Assembly: GCF_963921235.1 (NCBI RefSeq)
Contig: NC_086108.1
Location: 35,528,001 to 35,592,000 of the forward strand
Direction: 5' to 3'
Origin: Mobula hypostoma
Taxonomy: Eukaryota
DNA: 64,000 nucleotides
A program made the position numbers and the translations under genes. Under the pieces are notes generated by a model. It did not search any database. It saw only the letters and a list, made by a program, of their open reading frames with translations, and was not told the origin of the DNA. Positions within the stretch are counted from its first letter, which is position 1. The number at the start of each line of letters is the position of its first letter. Positions 26,109 through 37,265 of this stretch are shown in pieces.

Positions 26109-26685
26109 AACACACATCAAAGTCGCTGGTGAACACAGCAGGCCAGGCAGTATCTCTAGGAAGAGGTACAGTTGACATTTTGGGCCGAGACCCTTCGTCA
26201 GGACTAACTGAAGGAAGAGCTAGTAAGAGATTTGAAAGTGGGAGGGGGAGGGGGAGATCCAAAATGATAGGAGAAGACAGGAGGGGGAGGGATGGAGCCA
26301 AGAGCTGGACAGGTGATTGGCAAAAGGGGATATGAGAGGATCATGGGACAGGAGGCCCAGGGAGAAGGAAAAGGGGAGGGGGGGAAGCCCAGAGGATAGG
26401 CAAGGGGTATAGTGAGGGGGACAGAGGGAGAAAAAGGAGAGTGAGAGAAAGAACGTGTGTGTATATAAATAAATAACGAATGGGGTACGAGGGGGAGGTG
26501 GGGCATTAGTGGAAGTTAGAGAAGCCAATGTTCATGCCATCAGGTTGGATGAAGTCCTGACGAAGGGTCTCGGCCCGAAACGTCGACTGTACCTCTTCCT
26601 AGAGATGCTGCCTGGCCTGCTGCGTTCACCAGCAACTTTGATGTGTGTTGCTTGAATTTCTAGCATCTGCAGAATTCCTCGTGTT
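26109..26685 (-). mobile_element. Truncated Penelope-like element with inverted terminal arms
   Basis: 26109-26549 is the 3' end on the minus strand (QPDGMNIGFSNFH*, purine-rich UTR, terminus). 26553-26685 is an inverted terminus plus a 36-nt extension. Confidence 0.85.
26553..26588 (+). ncRNA. Minimal type-I hammerhead ribozyme motif (best copy)
   Basis: Stem I AGTC/GACT, core CTGACGA, extra A, stem II GGG/CCC, GAAA, palindromic ACGT. Predicted cleavage after GUC at 26584. Confidence 0.75.
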
Positions 26686-26910
26686 AAGGCAAATTCTGGA
26701 TTCTGATTTGTGCTGTGGAAGCCTCAGGCACAGACCTCTGAATGTTGAGGCTGCGCTTTATGGGAAGGTTTCCTCCTGGGAAGAGGAGAAGAACAAACTG
26801 TTTGGATTTAGTCTGATTTCTTGAAGTGACCACTGGACAGGAGATGTTGAAGATAGAAAGCTAATGCGAATGAATACCACCAAATGAATACCTCAACAGC
26901 AATAGTCTCT

Positions 26911-27908
26911 AGCAACACACATCAAAGTTGCCGGTGAGCACAGCAGGCCAGGCAGTATCTGTAGGAAGAGGTACAGTCGACGTTTCGAGCCGAAACCCTT
27001 CGTCAGGACTAACTGAAAGAAGAGCTAGTAAGAGATTTGAAAGTGGGAGGGGGAGGGGGAGATCCAAAATGATAGGAGAAGACAGGAGGGGAAGGGATGG
27101 AGCCAAGAGCTGGACAGGTGATAGGCAAAAGGGATATGAGAGGATCATGGGACAGGAGGCCCAGGGAGAAGGAAAAGAGGGAGGGGGGGAAAAAACCCAG
27201 AGGATGGGCAAGGGGTATAGTCAGAGGGACAGAAGGAGAAAAAGGAGAGTGAGAGAAAGAACGTGTGTGTATGTAAATAAATAATGGAGGGCGTACGAGG
27301 GGGAGATGGGGCAGAAGTTTGAGAAGTCAATGTTCATGCCATCAGGTTGGAGTCTACCCAGACGAAATATAAGGTGTTGTTCCTCCAACCTGAGTGTGGC
27401 TTCATCTTTACAGTAGAGGAGGCCGTGGTTAAACGTATCAGAATGGGAATGGGATGTGGAATTAAAATGTGTGGCCACCGGGAGATCCTACTTTCTCTGG
27501 CGGACAGAACGTAGGTGTTCAGCAAAACGATCTCCCAGTCTGCGTTGGGTCTCGCCAATATATAGAAGGCCGCATCGGGAGCACCAGACGCAGCATATCA
27601 CCCCAGCCGGCTCACAGGTGAAGTGTCGCCTCACCTGGAAGCACCTGGAAGGACTGTCTGGGGCCCTGAATGATAGTGAGGGAGGAAGTGTAAGGGCATG
27701 TGTAGCACTTGTTCCGCTTACAAGTGTAAGTGCCGGGAGGGAGATCAGTGGGGAGGGGTGGGGGGGGGGAACAAATGGACAAGTGAGTCACGTAGGGAGC
27801 AATCCCTGCGGAAAGCAGAGAGGGGGGGAGGGAAAGATGTGCTTGGTGGTGGGATCCCGTTGGAGGTGGAGGAAGTTACAGAGAATTATATGTTGGACCC
27901 GGAGGCTG
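26911..27908 (-). mobile_element. Penelope-like element 3' part (GIY-YIG endonuclease)
   Basis: Minus strand reads CSRCGLLYIGETQRRLGDRFAEHLRSV (~27500-27585) and ATHFNSTSHS...LEEQHLIFRLGRLQPDGMNIDF. Confidence 0.9.
26975..27010 (-). ncRNA. Minimal type-I hammerhead ribozyme motif
   Basis: Reverse complement AGTC CTGACGA A GGG TTTCGG CTC GAAA CGTC GACT; stem II retained via G-U. Confidence 0.7.
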
Positions 27909-28685
27909 TGTATGGTATGTATTTGTTTTGTTTTGTTTTATTAATGCTCTTCCTAACGACAGTGAAATACTCTATACCGCACCCACCACCGACCAATTCC
28001 CATTACCACACCCTTCACTCCAGCATTCAAAGCTGCCAACTCTCAACCATTCTCCATGATTTGAGGGCTTGCTCTTGGGTGGTGATATGGAATCAGACTC
28101 CTTAGATCACAGGTTTTACTCCCGTGAAGCCTGAGTATGATAACCTGTAAATTTTTGCAGAATCGATTGGGCACTGGGTCCATCAGTCCTGGTTTCAGGA
28201 ATTGTTCTTTTCTGTTAGTTTAATAACAGCTTAACTTCAAGGCGGATCTGTTGAACTTTTAGTGCATACTTATCCTCCTCCACTTCTGTCCTGTGCCAAG
28301 ACAAAGTAACAAAGCATAGTTGTAATCCTTGTTACGCAGTATCTAATGATCTGTGATTTTTAAAATTCTAATTTCTACCATTTTAAAAATTCTACTATTT
28401 ATCAAAAAAATTCCTTTTCTATCTGAACCCAAGCACTCCCCATTCTATTGCAGGGAGTTCTTGGATAAAGATAACAAAGGAATTTTTTTGATAAACAGTA
28501 GAAATTGGGATTAAAATAATCACAGGCCATTGGATATTGGCTGCAGCAACACAAGCTACAAAGGTGCTTTGTGGCTTATTTGCACTTTTTTCTAAAACCT
28601 TACTCACAACAGTATCGAATATTTAAATTTCTCAGTAGTTGTCCAGCCCTGTAGACATTGTGTCCTAAGTAACAGCCAAAGATTC

Positions 28686-28967
28686 AACACACACAAAATG
28701 CTGGAAGAACTCAGCAGGCCAGGCAGCATCTATGGAAAAAAGTACAGTCGACATTTGGGCTGAAACCCTTCAGCAGGACTGAAAGGAAGATTTAAACTTC
28801 TTCAGGGTAGGCATATATGGAAGAGACTTCACAGAGTAGTCCTGCTAAAGGGTTTTGGCCCGAAATGTCAACTGTACTTTTTTCCATAGATACTGCCTGG
28901 CCTGCTGAGTTCCTCCAGCATTTTGTGTGTGTTGCTCGGATTTCCAGCATCTACAGATTTTTTCTTG
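28686..28967. repeat. Fold-back element made of two inverted Penelope termini (older subfamily)
   Basis: Arms 28686-28780 and 28838-28933 are near reverse complements around a 57-bp spacer. Both hammerhead cores are degenerate (CTGCTGA, CTGCTAA). Confidence 0.8.
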
Positions 28968-29017
28968 GTCATAATATGTATAGCATTAGACTACGAGCAG
29001 TTAAAACTGCTGCCAGG

Positions 29018-32000
29018 TTCAGAATCAGAATCAAGTTTAAGATCACTGACGCCTGATGTGAAGTTTCTTGTGTTGCAGCAGTGTAATATATGTGGTGGGT
29101 GGCATCCGTTAGTCTCGCAAGACCATGGATCCGCACCTGGAAAGTCTTGCTTCAGTCTGTGTTAGAGCAGCATCTGTTGTGGCTGTAGAGGCCCACACGG
29201 GAGTGACAGTCTCAGCTGCAGCGACTGCACTTGAAGACACTGTCCTCCAGTGTTGTCTTGCTGCTGTTTTTTCGGTGAGTGCGCTTTTCTTCAGCAGCAA
29301 GCCTCAGCTTTTCTTCTCCTTTTTTTAGACCTCTGCGTAGTTCCAGTCTCTAGCGAAAGCAATCGCTTGCGATGTCCTCCCACCTCTTAACGTTCATGTT
29401 CAGTGACTTCATGTCTCTCTTGCAGACATCTTTAAAGCGAAGATGGGGCCGCCCTTGTGCTCTCTTGCCGGAGGCCAGTTCCCCATACAGCAGGTCTTTT
29501 GGGATCCTCCCATCTGACATGCGGTGTACGTGGCCCAGCCTGCGGAGACAGCGTTGTTGGAGCAGGGTGAAGAGGCTGGGTATCTGGGCGCGGGCCAGGA
29601 CCTCATTGTTGGTGACTCGGTCAGTCCACTTGATGTCCAGGATGCATCTAAGGCTGTGAAAGTGGAAGGCACTCTTGTCTGGAGTAGAGGCTCCAGGTCT
29701 CGCTGCCGTAAAGCAGTGTGCTGAGGACGCAGGCCCTGTAGACTGCAACTTTGGTGTGCGTCGTCAGCTTTCTGTTCTCCCAGACTCTCTTTGTCAGCCT
29801 GGCGAATGTTGAGGCTGCTCGTCCGATCCGTCTGTTGATCTCGGGGTCTAGGGAGAGGCTGTCCGTGATGGTGGAGCCAGGGTATGTAAACTCGTGAACT
29901 ACCTCCAGCTCGTAGTTGTTGATGGTAATGACAGGGGGCTGCTCAACACCTTGGTCTTCTTCAGGCTGATGGTCAAGCTGAAGTCCTGGCAAGCTCTTGA
30001 GAAGCTGCCCATGAGGCATTGCAGTTGCTCTTCAGAGTGTGTTGCCAGTGTCGTGTTGTCTTCAAACAACATGTCCCTGATATAAAACTTATATAAATGT
30101 TAATAAAAATATTTAAAAATAATAAATAAATAGTGCAAAATGAGAGCAAAATCATGAGGTTCATGGGTTGTACAGAAATCTGATGGCGGAAGGGAAGAAG
30201 CTGCTCCCCGGCGTTGAGTGTGCATCCTCAGGCTTCTGTACTTCTTCATTGATAGTAGTAATGAGAGGAAGACATGTCCTGGATGGTGAGGGTCTTTCAT
30301 GATGGGTAGCATTTTCTTGAGGTATCACTTTTTGAAGATGTCCTCGATGTAGAGAGGCGAGTGACATAACAGAGCTGACTGAGTTTACAACCTTCTGCAG
30401 CTTTTTCCAATCCTGTACATTGGCGCCACCATATCAGACGATGATGCAACCGGTTAGAAGGCTCTCCACGGTTAGAATGTTCTCCGCGGTATATTTGTAG
30501 AAACTTGCTGGAGTCTTTGATGACAAACCAAATATCTTTGCACTCCTAATGCAATATAGCTGCTGGTTGCCTTCTTCGTAATTACATCAATATGTTGGGC
30601 CCAGGATAGATCTTCAGAGACGCTGACACCCAAGAACTTAAAGCTGCTCACACTTTCCGCTGCTGATCCCTCAGTGAGAACTGCTGGGTATTCTCCCAAT
30701 TTCACCCTGTTGACGTCCACAAACCATTCCGTGGTCTTACTGATATTGAGTGAAAGTTTGTTATTACAACACCACGCAACCAGCCTTTCCATCTCTCACC
30801 TGTACACCTCCTTGTCACCATGAGATTCTGCCAACAACAGTTGTGTCATTGTCAGCTTTATAGATGGTCTTTAAGCTGTGCATAGCCACACAGTCATGAG
30901 TGTAGAGAAGTCGAGGGTTCTGTTGCAGAGGGAGGTACAGGGGCCCAGGTTTTGGAGCTTGTTGATTCGAAAGGAGGGCATGATGGTGTTGAATGCTGAG
31001 TTGTAACCAATAAACAGCAGCCTGACTTAGGTATTGCTGTTGAACAGCTGGTCCACAGCTGAATCAGAGACAGTGAGATTGCATTCACTGTAGACCTATT
31101 GTGGTGGTTGGCAAATTGCAGTGGGTCCAGATCCTTGCTCAGGTACAAGTTAATTCTAGCCATGCAAAAACTCCCAAAGCACTTCATCACAGTAGATGTG
31201 AATACTACCAGGCAATAGTCATTAAGGCAGCTCACCCTCCTCTTCTTGAACCAACATGACTCATACCCATTTGAAACAGTTGGGAACCTCTGACAGCACC
31301 AGTGAGAGGTTGAAGGTGTCTGTGAATGCTGCAGGCAGTGGTTTGGCACAGATTTTCAGTCCCCTGCCAGGTACACATGGGTATGATCTAATGCCATGAA
31401 AGCATTAACACTATTGAAAGATGTTCAGGTACTGTCAGATAGATATCACAGAGTCACCAGATGCTGTAGGGATTCTCACAGGTATAGTTTTGTTCTCCCT
31501 TTCAAACTGTGTATTAAAGACATTCAGCTCACTGGGGAGTGAATCATCGCAGCCATTTATTATTTTAGGCTTTGCCTTGAATTGGCCTGCAAGCCCTGAT
31601 GTAGGTGACGTGAATTCAATTTCATCTCTAACTTCATCCAGAATTGATTTTTCACTCTTAAAATAGCTTTCAGTAGGTTGTACCCGGACCTCTCTTAGAG
31701 TTCTGGATTACAGATCCAGCCCTCAGCAGGCAGTGAACCCCTTTGTTCATCCACAGCTTCTGGTTTGGGAATGTCCGTTATCTTCTCAAAGGCACACATT
31801 CATCCACACAGGTCTTGATGAAGTCGGTGACAATCGTGGCGTATTCATTCAGGTCCGAAGATGCATCCTTGAATATTGTTCAGTCCACCAGTTCAAAGAG
31901 CTCCTGTGAGTGCACCTCCATCTCCCTTGACCATACCCTGGTGAGCCTCACCACTCTGGATGCGATCCTCAGCGGTCAGGCATGACAGTAAAATGCACGG

Positions 32001-32105
32001 TATGCATCCTTGCTGGTGGTGTAACAGTGGTCACGTGATGGCTCCCCTGGTTCCACAGGAGACACGTTGGTGGCAGTTGATCAGATAGTCTTCCACAGGT
32101 CGGCG
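29018..32105 (-). mobile_element. Decayed Rex1/Babar LINE interrupted by an RTE
   Basis: Tail CAGAAT repeats at ~29020. LVAWCCNNKLSLNISKT (30472-30792) and CLNDYCLVVFTSTVMKCF (30894-31349). DASSDLNEYATIVTDFIK and DHCYTT..DAYRA (31815-32030). Confidence 0.8.
29091..30079 (-). mobile_element. RTE-clade LINE 3' fragment
   Basis: LEVVHEFTYPGS, VYRACVLSTLLYGSETW and RIPKDLLYGEL..GRPHLRFKD. Candidate TSD ATATA at 29086-29090 and 30080-30084. Confidence 0.9.
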
Positions 32106-34720
32106 GCGGTTAATTAAAAAGGGAGCTTCAGGGGTGTTTGTCCGTTGTGCGTGGCCTATCAGCATCATCAACAGAGCTCTATGAACTAAATAAAAGTACA
32201 GAAGGGATAAGCAGCGTGGCCGTGGTCAGGAGCAGGCCAGTGGCAAGAGTAGAAGTGACAGGCTTTGGATCAAAAGAGGGTTCGGCTATGAAGAGGCGTT
32301 GGCTCTGTGCAAAGTGTCTGTTAAGGTTTCCTTTTCGTTTTTTTCTCTCTCTCTTACTGTACTATTTAAATGGCTGTGGTGTGCTCTTCATGCCAGATGT
32401 GGGAGAACTGAGAGACCTAGAGTCTCCCAGGGAGCTACATCTGCGTGAAGTACATCCGGCTGCAGCTCCTTGAAGACCGCGTTAGGGATCTGGAGCAGCA
32501 AATGGATAATCTTTGGCTTGTACGAGAGAGCAAGAATATAATTGATCAAAGTTACCGAGAAGTAGTCACCCCGAAGTTACAGGAGGCGAGTAGCTGGGTG
32601 ACCGTCAGGAGAAATGGAAATAGGCAGTTAGAGTAGAGCACCCCTGTGGCCATTCCCCTCAAAAACAAGTATACCGCTTTGGATACTTTTGTGGGGGATT
32701 ACCTCCTGGGAGAATGCCACGGCGACTGGGTTACAGGTACTGAGCGTGGGTCCATGGTGCAGAAGGGGAAGAGAGAGAAGAAGGGAGCAGTAATGCTAGG
32801 GGACTTGATATTGAGGGGAATAGATGGTGATTCTGTGGACATGAACAGGACACCCAGGTGGTATGTTGCCTCCCAGGTGCCAGGGTCAGGGATGTCTCAG
32901 ATCGTGTCCACAACATCTTGAGGGAGGGGGAGTTGCCAGATGTCTTGGTACATATTGGTACCAATGACATAGGAAGGAAAAGCAATGAGGTCCTGAAAAG
33001 AGAATTTAGGTAGAAAGGTAAAAAGCTGAGAAGCAGGACCTCCTGGGTAGTAATTTCTGGATTGTTACCTGTGTCACACGCCAGTGAGGGTAGAAACAGG
33101 ATGATTTTGCAGATAAATGCGTGGCTGAGTAGCTGGTGCAGGGGGCAGGGCTTCAGGTTCTTGGATCATTGGGATCTCTTCTGGGGGAGGTATAACCTGT
33201 TCAAAAGTGATGGGTTGCACCTGAACCTGAGGGGGACCAATATCCTCACGGGCAGGATTGTTAGAGCTGCTGGGGAGGGTTTAAGTTAACTTGGCAGGGA
33301 GGTGGGAACTGGAGTGAAGGGATTCAGGAAAGGACAGATGGTAAAAAAGTAAAGATAACTTGCAATCAGATTGTCAGGAAGGGCAGGCATGTGATGAGAC
33401 TTAGTTGCAGCAAACAGGCTGAGTATCAAATCATTAGGGATGCAGAATCAGAAAGGATAACAAATACAGTACAGCAAATACAGGTGTTGTATCTAAATGC
33501 ACGTAGTATAAGAAATAAGGTGGATGATCTTGTTGCACTATTACAGGTGGCCAGGTATGATGTTGTGGCCATCACTGAATTGTGGATGAAGGATGGTTGT
33601 AGTTGGGAGCTAAATGTCCAAGGTTACACATTTTATTGGAGGGACAGGAAGGTAGGCAGAGGGGGTGGTGTGGTTCTACTGGTAAAGAATGGCATCAAAT
33701 CAGTAGTAAGATGTGACATAGGAGCAGAAGATGTTGAATCCTTGTGGGTTGAGTTAAGAAACTTCAAGGGTAAAAGGACGCTGATGGCAGTTATATACAG
33801 CCCTCCCAACAGTGGTTGGGAGGTGGACCACAGGTTACAACAGGAAACAGAAAAGGCGAGTGAAAAGGGCAATGTCATGGTAGTCATGGGAGACTTTAAC
33901 ATGCAGGTCGATTGGGAAAATCAGGTTGGTAATGGATCTGAAGAGAGTGAGTTTGTTGAATGCCTAAGAGATAGCTTTTTAGAGCAGTTTGTATTTGAGC
34001 CTACTAGGGGAGCAGCTATTCTGGATTGGGTGTTATGCAATTAACCGGAGGCAATTAGGGAGCTTAAGGTAAAAGAATGCTGAGGGACCAGAGATCACAA
34101 TATGCTTGAGTTCAACTTGAAATTTGATAGGGAGTAAGTGATGTCTGATGTAGCAGTATTTCAGTGGAGTAAGGGAAATTACAGTGGTATGAGAGAGGAG
34201 TTGGCCAAAGTAAATTGGAAGGAGCTGCTGGCAGGGATGTCAACGGAGCAGCAATGGTGTCAGTTTCTGGGAAAAATGAGGAAGGTGCAGGACATGTGTA
34301 TTCCAAAAATGAAGAAATACTCAAATGATTAAATAATACAACTGTGGCTGAAGTCAAAGCTATTGTAAAAGTAAAAGAAAGAGCATACAACAAAGAAAAA
34401 TTAGTGGGAAGTTAGAGGATTGGTAAGTTTTTAAAAACCTACAGAGAGTAACTAAAAAAATCATTAGAAGGGAAAAGATGAAATATGAAATCAAGCTAGC
34501 AAATAATATCAAAGAAGATAGTAAAAGATTTTCAAGTATGTTAAAAACAAAAGAGAAATGAGAGTGGATATAGGACCGCTAGAAAATAAGGCAGAAAAAA
34601 TAATAACAGAGTACAAGGATGCAAACACGAGGAAATCTGCAGATGCTAGAATTTCAAGCAACACACATAAAAATTACTGGGGAACGCAGCAGGCCAGGCA
34701 GCACCTATAGGAAGAGGTAC

Positions 34721-34756
34721 AGTCGACGTTTCGGGCCGAGACCCTTCGTCAGGACT
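34721..34756 (-). ncRNA. Minimal type-I hammerhead ribozyme motif
   Basis: Reverse complement AGTC CTGACGA A GGG TCTCGG CCC GAAA CGTC GACT, identical to 26553-26588. Confidence 0.75.
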
Positions 34757-35001
34757 AACTGAAAGAAGAGCTAGTAAGAGATTTGAAAGTGGGAGGTGGA
34801 GGGGGAGATCTGAAATGATAGGAGAAGACAGGAGGGAGAGGAATGGAGCCAAGAGCTGGACAGGTGATTGGCAAAAGGGATATGAGAGGATCATGGAACA
34901 GGAGGCCCAGGGAGAAAGAAAGGGGGAGGAGTGAAGCTCAGAGGATGGGCAAGGAGTATAGTGAGAGGGACAGAGGGAGAAAAAGGAGAGAGAGAAGAAG
35001 A

Positions 35002-35026
<25 letters not shown>
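35002..35026. repeat. (AT)n microsatellite inside the Penelope 3' UTR
   Basis: About 12 AT units read directly. Confidence 0.9.
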
Positions 35027-35032
<6 letters not shown>

Positions 35033-37265
35033 AAATAACGGATGGTGTATGAGGGGGAGGAGTGGCATTAACGGAAGTTTGAGAAATCACTGTTCATGCC
35101 ACCAGGTTGGAGGCTACCCAGAAGGAATATAAGGTGTTGTTCCTCCAACCTGAGTGTGGCTTCATCTTGACAATAGAGGAGGCCGTGGATAGACATATCA
35201 GAATGGGAATGGGACATGGAATTAAAATGTGTGGCCTCTGGAAGATCCTGCTTTCTCTGGCGTACAGAGCATAGGCGTTCAGCGAAACGGTCTCCCAGTC
35301 TGCGCCGGGTTTCACCAATACATAGAAGGCTGCATTGGGAGCACCAGACACAGTATGTCTGGACACAGCCCCAGTCAACTCACAGGTGAAGTGTCACCTC
35401 ACCTGGAAGGACTGTTTGGGGCCCTGAATGGTAGTGAGGGAGGAAGTGTAAGGGCATGTGTAGCACTTGTTCTGCTTACAAGGATAAGTGCCAGGAGGGA
35501 GATCAGTTGGGAGGGATGAGGGGGACTAATGGACAAGGGAGTCACGTAGGGAGCGATCCCTGCGGAAAACAGAAGGGGGGGGGAGGGAATGATTTGCTTG
35601 GTGGTGGGATCCCATTGGAGGTGGTGGAAGTTACGGAGAATTATATGTTGGACCCAGAGGCTAGTGGGGTGGTAGGTGAGGACCAGGGGAACCCTATTCC
35701 TCGTGGGGTGGTGGGAGGATGGGGTGAGAGCAGATGTGCGTGAAATGGGAGAGATGCTTTAGAGAGCAGAGTTGATGGTGGAGGAAGGGAAGCCCCTTTC
35801 TTTAAAAAAGGAGGACATCTCCTTCATCCTGGAATGAAAAGCCTCATCCTGAGAGCAGATGCGGCGGAGATGGAGGAATTGCGAGAAGGGGATGGCATTT
35901 TTGCAAGAGACAGGGTGAGAAGAGGAATAGTCCAGATAGCTGTGAGAGTCTGCAGGCTTATAGTAGACATCAGTAGATAAGCTGTCTCCAGAGATAGAGA
36001 CAGAAAGATGTAGAAAGGGGAGGGAGGTGTTCGAAATGGACAGGAATGAAAGGGTTCTCATACGAGGAACGTTTGATGGATCTGCATCTGTACTCGCTGG
36101 AACTTAGAAGGATGAAGGGGGGGGGGCATCTCATTGAAACCTTTTGAATGTTGAAAGGCCTAGACAGAGTAGATGTGGAAAGAATGTTTCCCATGGTGGG
36201 AGAGTCTAGGACAAGAGGGCACAGCCTCAGGATAGAGGGGCGCCCTTTCAAAACAGAGATGTGGAGAAATTTCTTTAACCAAAGGGTGGTAAATTTGTGG
36301 AATTTGTTGCCAAGTGCAGCTGTGGAGACCAGGTCGTTGGGTGTATTTAAGGCAGAGATTGATAGGTTCTTGATTGGACATTGCATCAAAGGCTACAGGG
36401 AGGAGGCCAGGAACTGGGGTTGAGGAGGAGGGAAAAAATGGATCAGCCATGATTAAATAGCGAAGCATACTCGGTCAGCCAGGTGGCCTAATTCTGCTCC
36501 TATGTCTTATGGACTTATGATCATATGGTCTTCGGCTGATTGGAGAAGCTGTTTAATTTGGCCAAAATGTACTGGTCCTAACGTGTCCCACTTAACCGGA
36601 ATCCACTGCATTTGATGATTCTCTTCAGAACTGCATGCAGAGTCACCACTCCCCAGCGCCAATAACTTGTTTAATTTTATCAGCAAATCTGGTTGAAGCT
36701 AGCCAAGCAAACATAGAAAATTGGGGAACTTGATCTATGGGTTAGTCCTTTATCATTGCCAGGCCAGACCCAGAAAGAAAGATAACTACACCGAGTCAAC
36801 CAGCTTTTGGAAAGGCAAGGTTTAACCAAAATTAGTGCGAAGAGCCCTGTTGCGGGGAAGACCTTGTACAACCAATTTGATTGAAGTTTTCAGGGAAGTA
36901 ATAAGGTGCACTGATACACATGGATATCAGTAAGTCACTTAGCAAGTCCTGCATGGAAGATTGGATTTAAGCCCATAGCATTGAGGGCAACTTGGAAAAC
37001 TGTTTCCAAATACGGCTTACAATTAGGAGACCGAGGATGATGGCTTGTGATTGCTTCTGTGACTTGAAGCCTGTGACCAGTCACAACACACGGGACGGTT
37101 ACTGTTTGTCATGCGCAGCCATGATTTGGATGTGAATGTGAGATATGAGGAAGTTCACCAAAGGCACTGGAATTGGTGGTGTTGATAACAAGGAGAGTAG
37201 CCTCAGACTACAAGATGATATTAGTAAGTTGGTAACATCGCTAGAGCAATGATAGACAAAGTTTA

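Larger units (their letters stand above)
34621..36042 (-). mobile_element. Penelope-like element (RT C-terminus, GIY-YIG, terminus with extension)
   Basis: LPFL...TDVYYKPADSHSYLDYSSSHP..KNAIPFSQFLHLRRICS (35759-36061) is typical of Penelope-like RTs. The GIY-YIG region matches 27320-27900. Confidence 0.9.
32190..36520 (+). mobile_element. Formerly near-full-length CR1: 5' UTR, ORF1 (zinc finger plus SGNH esterase), ORF2 endonuclease and 3' end; RT core missing
   Basis: ORF1 motifs GDLILRG, VHIGTNDIG and DGLHLN. ORF2 LYLNARSIRNK..YSPP..GDFN (33391-34044). After the Penelope insert it resumes at GMKGFSYEERL..FFNQRVVNLWN. Confidence 0.85.

Noticed and set aside
26077..27330. Pro/Ser-rich and Gly/Arg-rich ORFs
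   Set aside because: Low-complexity translations of the purine/pyrimidine-skewed Penelope 3' UTR.
36540..36608. Tigger/pogo-like TIR (CAGTGGATTCCGGTTAAGTGGGACAC on the minus strand)
   Set aside because: Only one end was found, so an element cannot be delimited.
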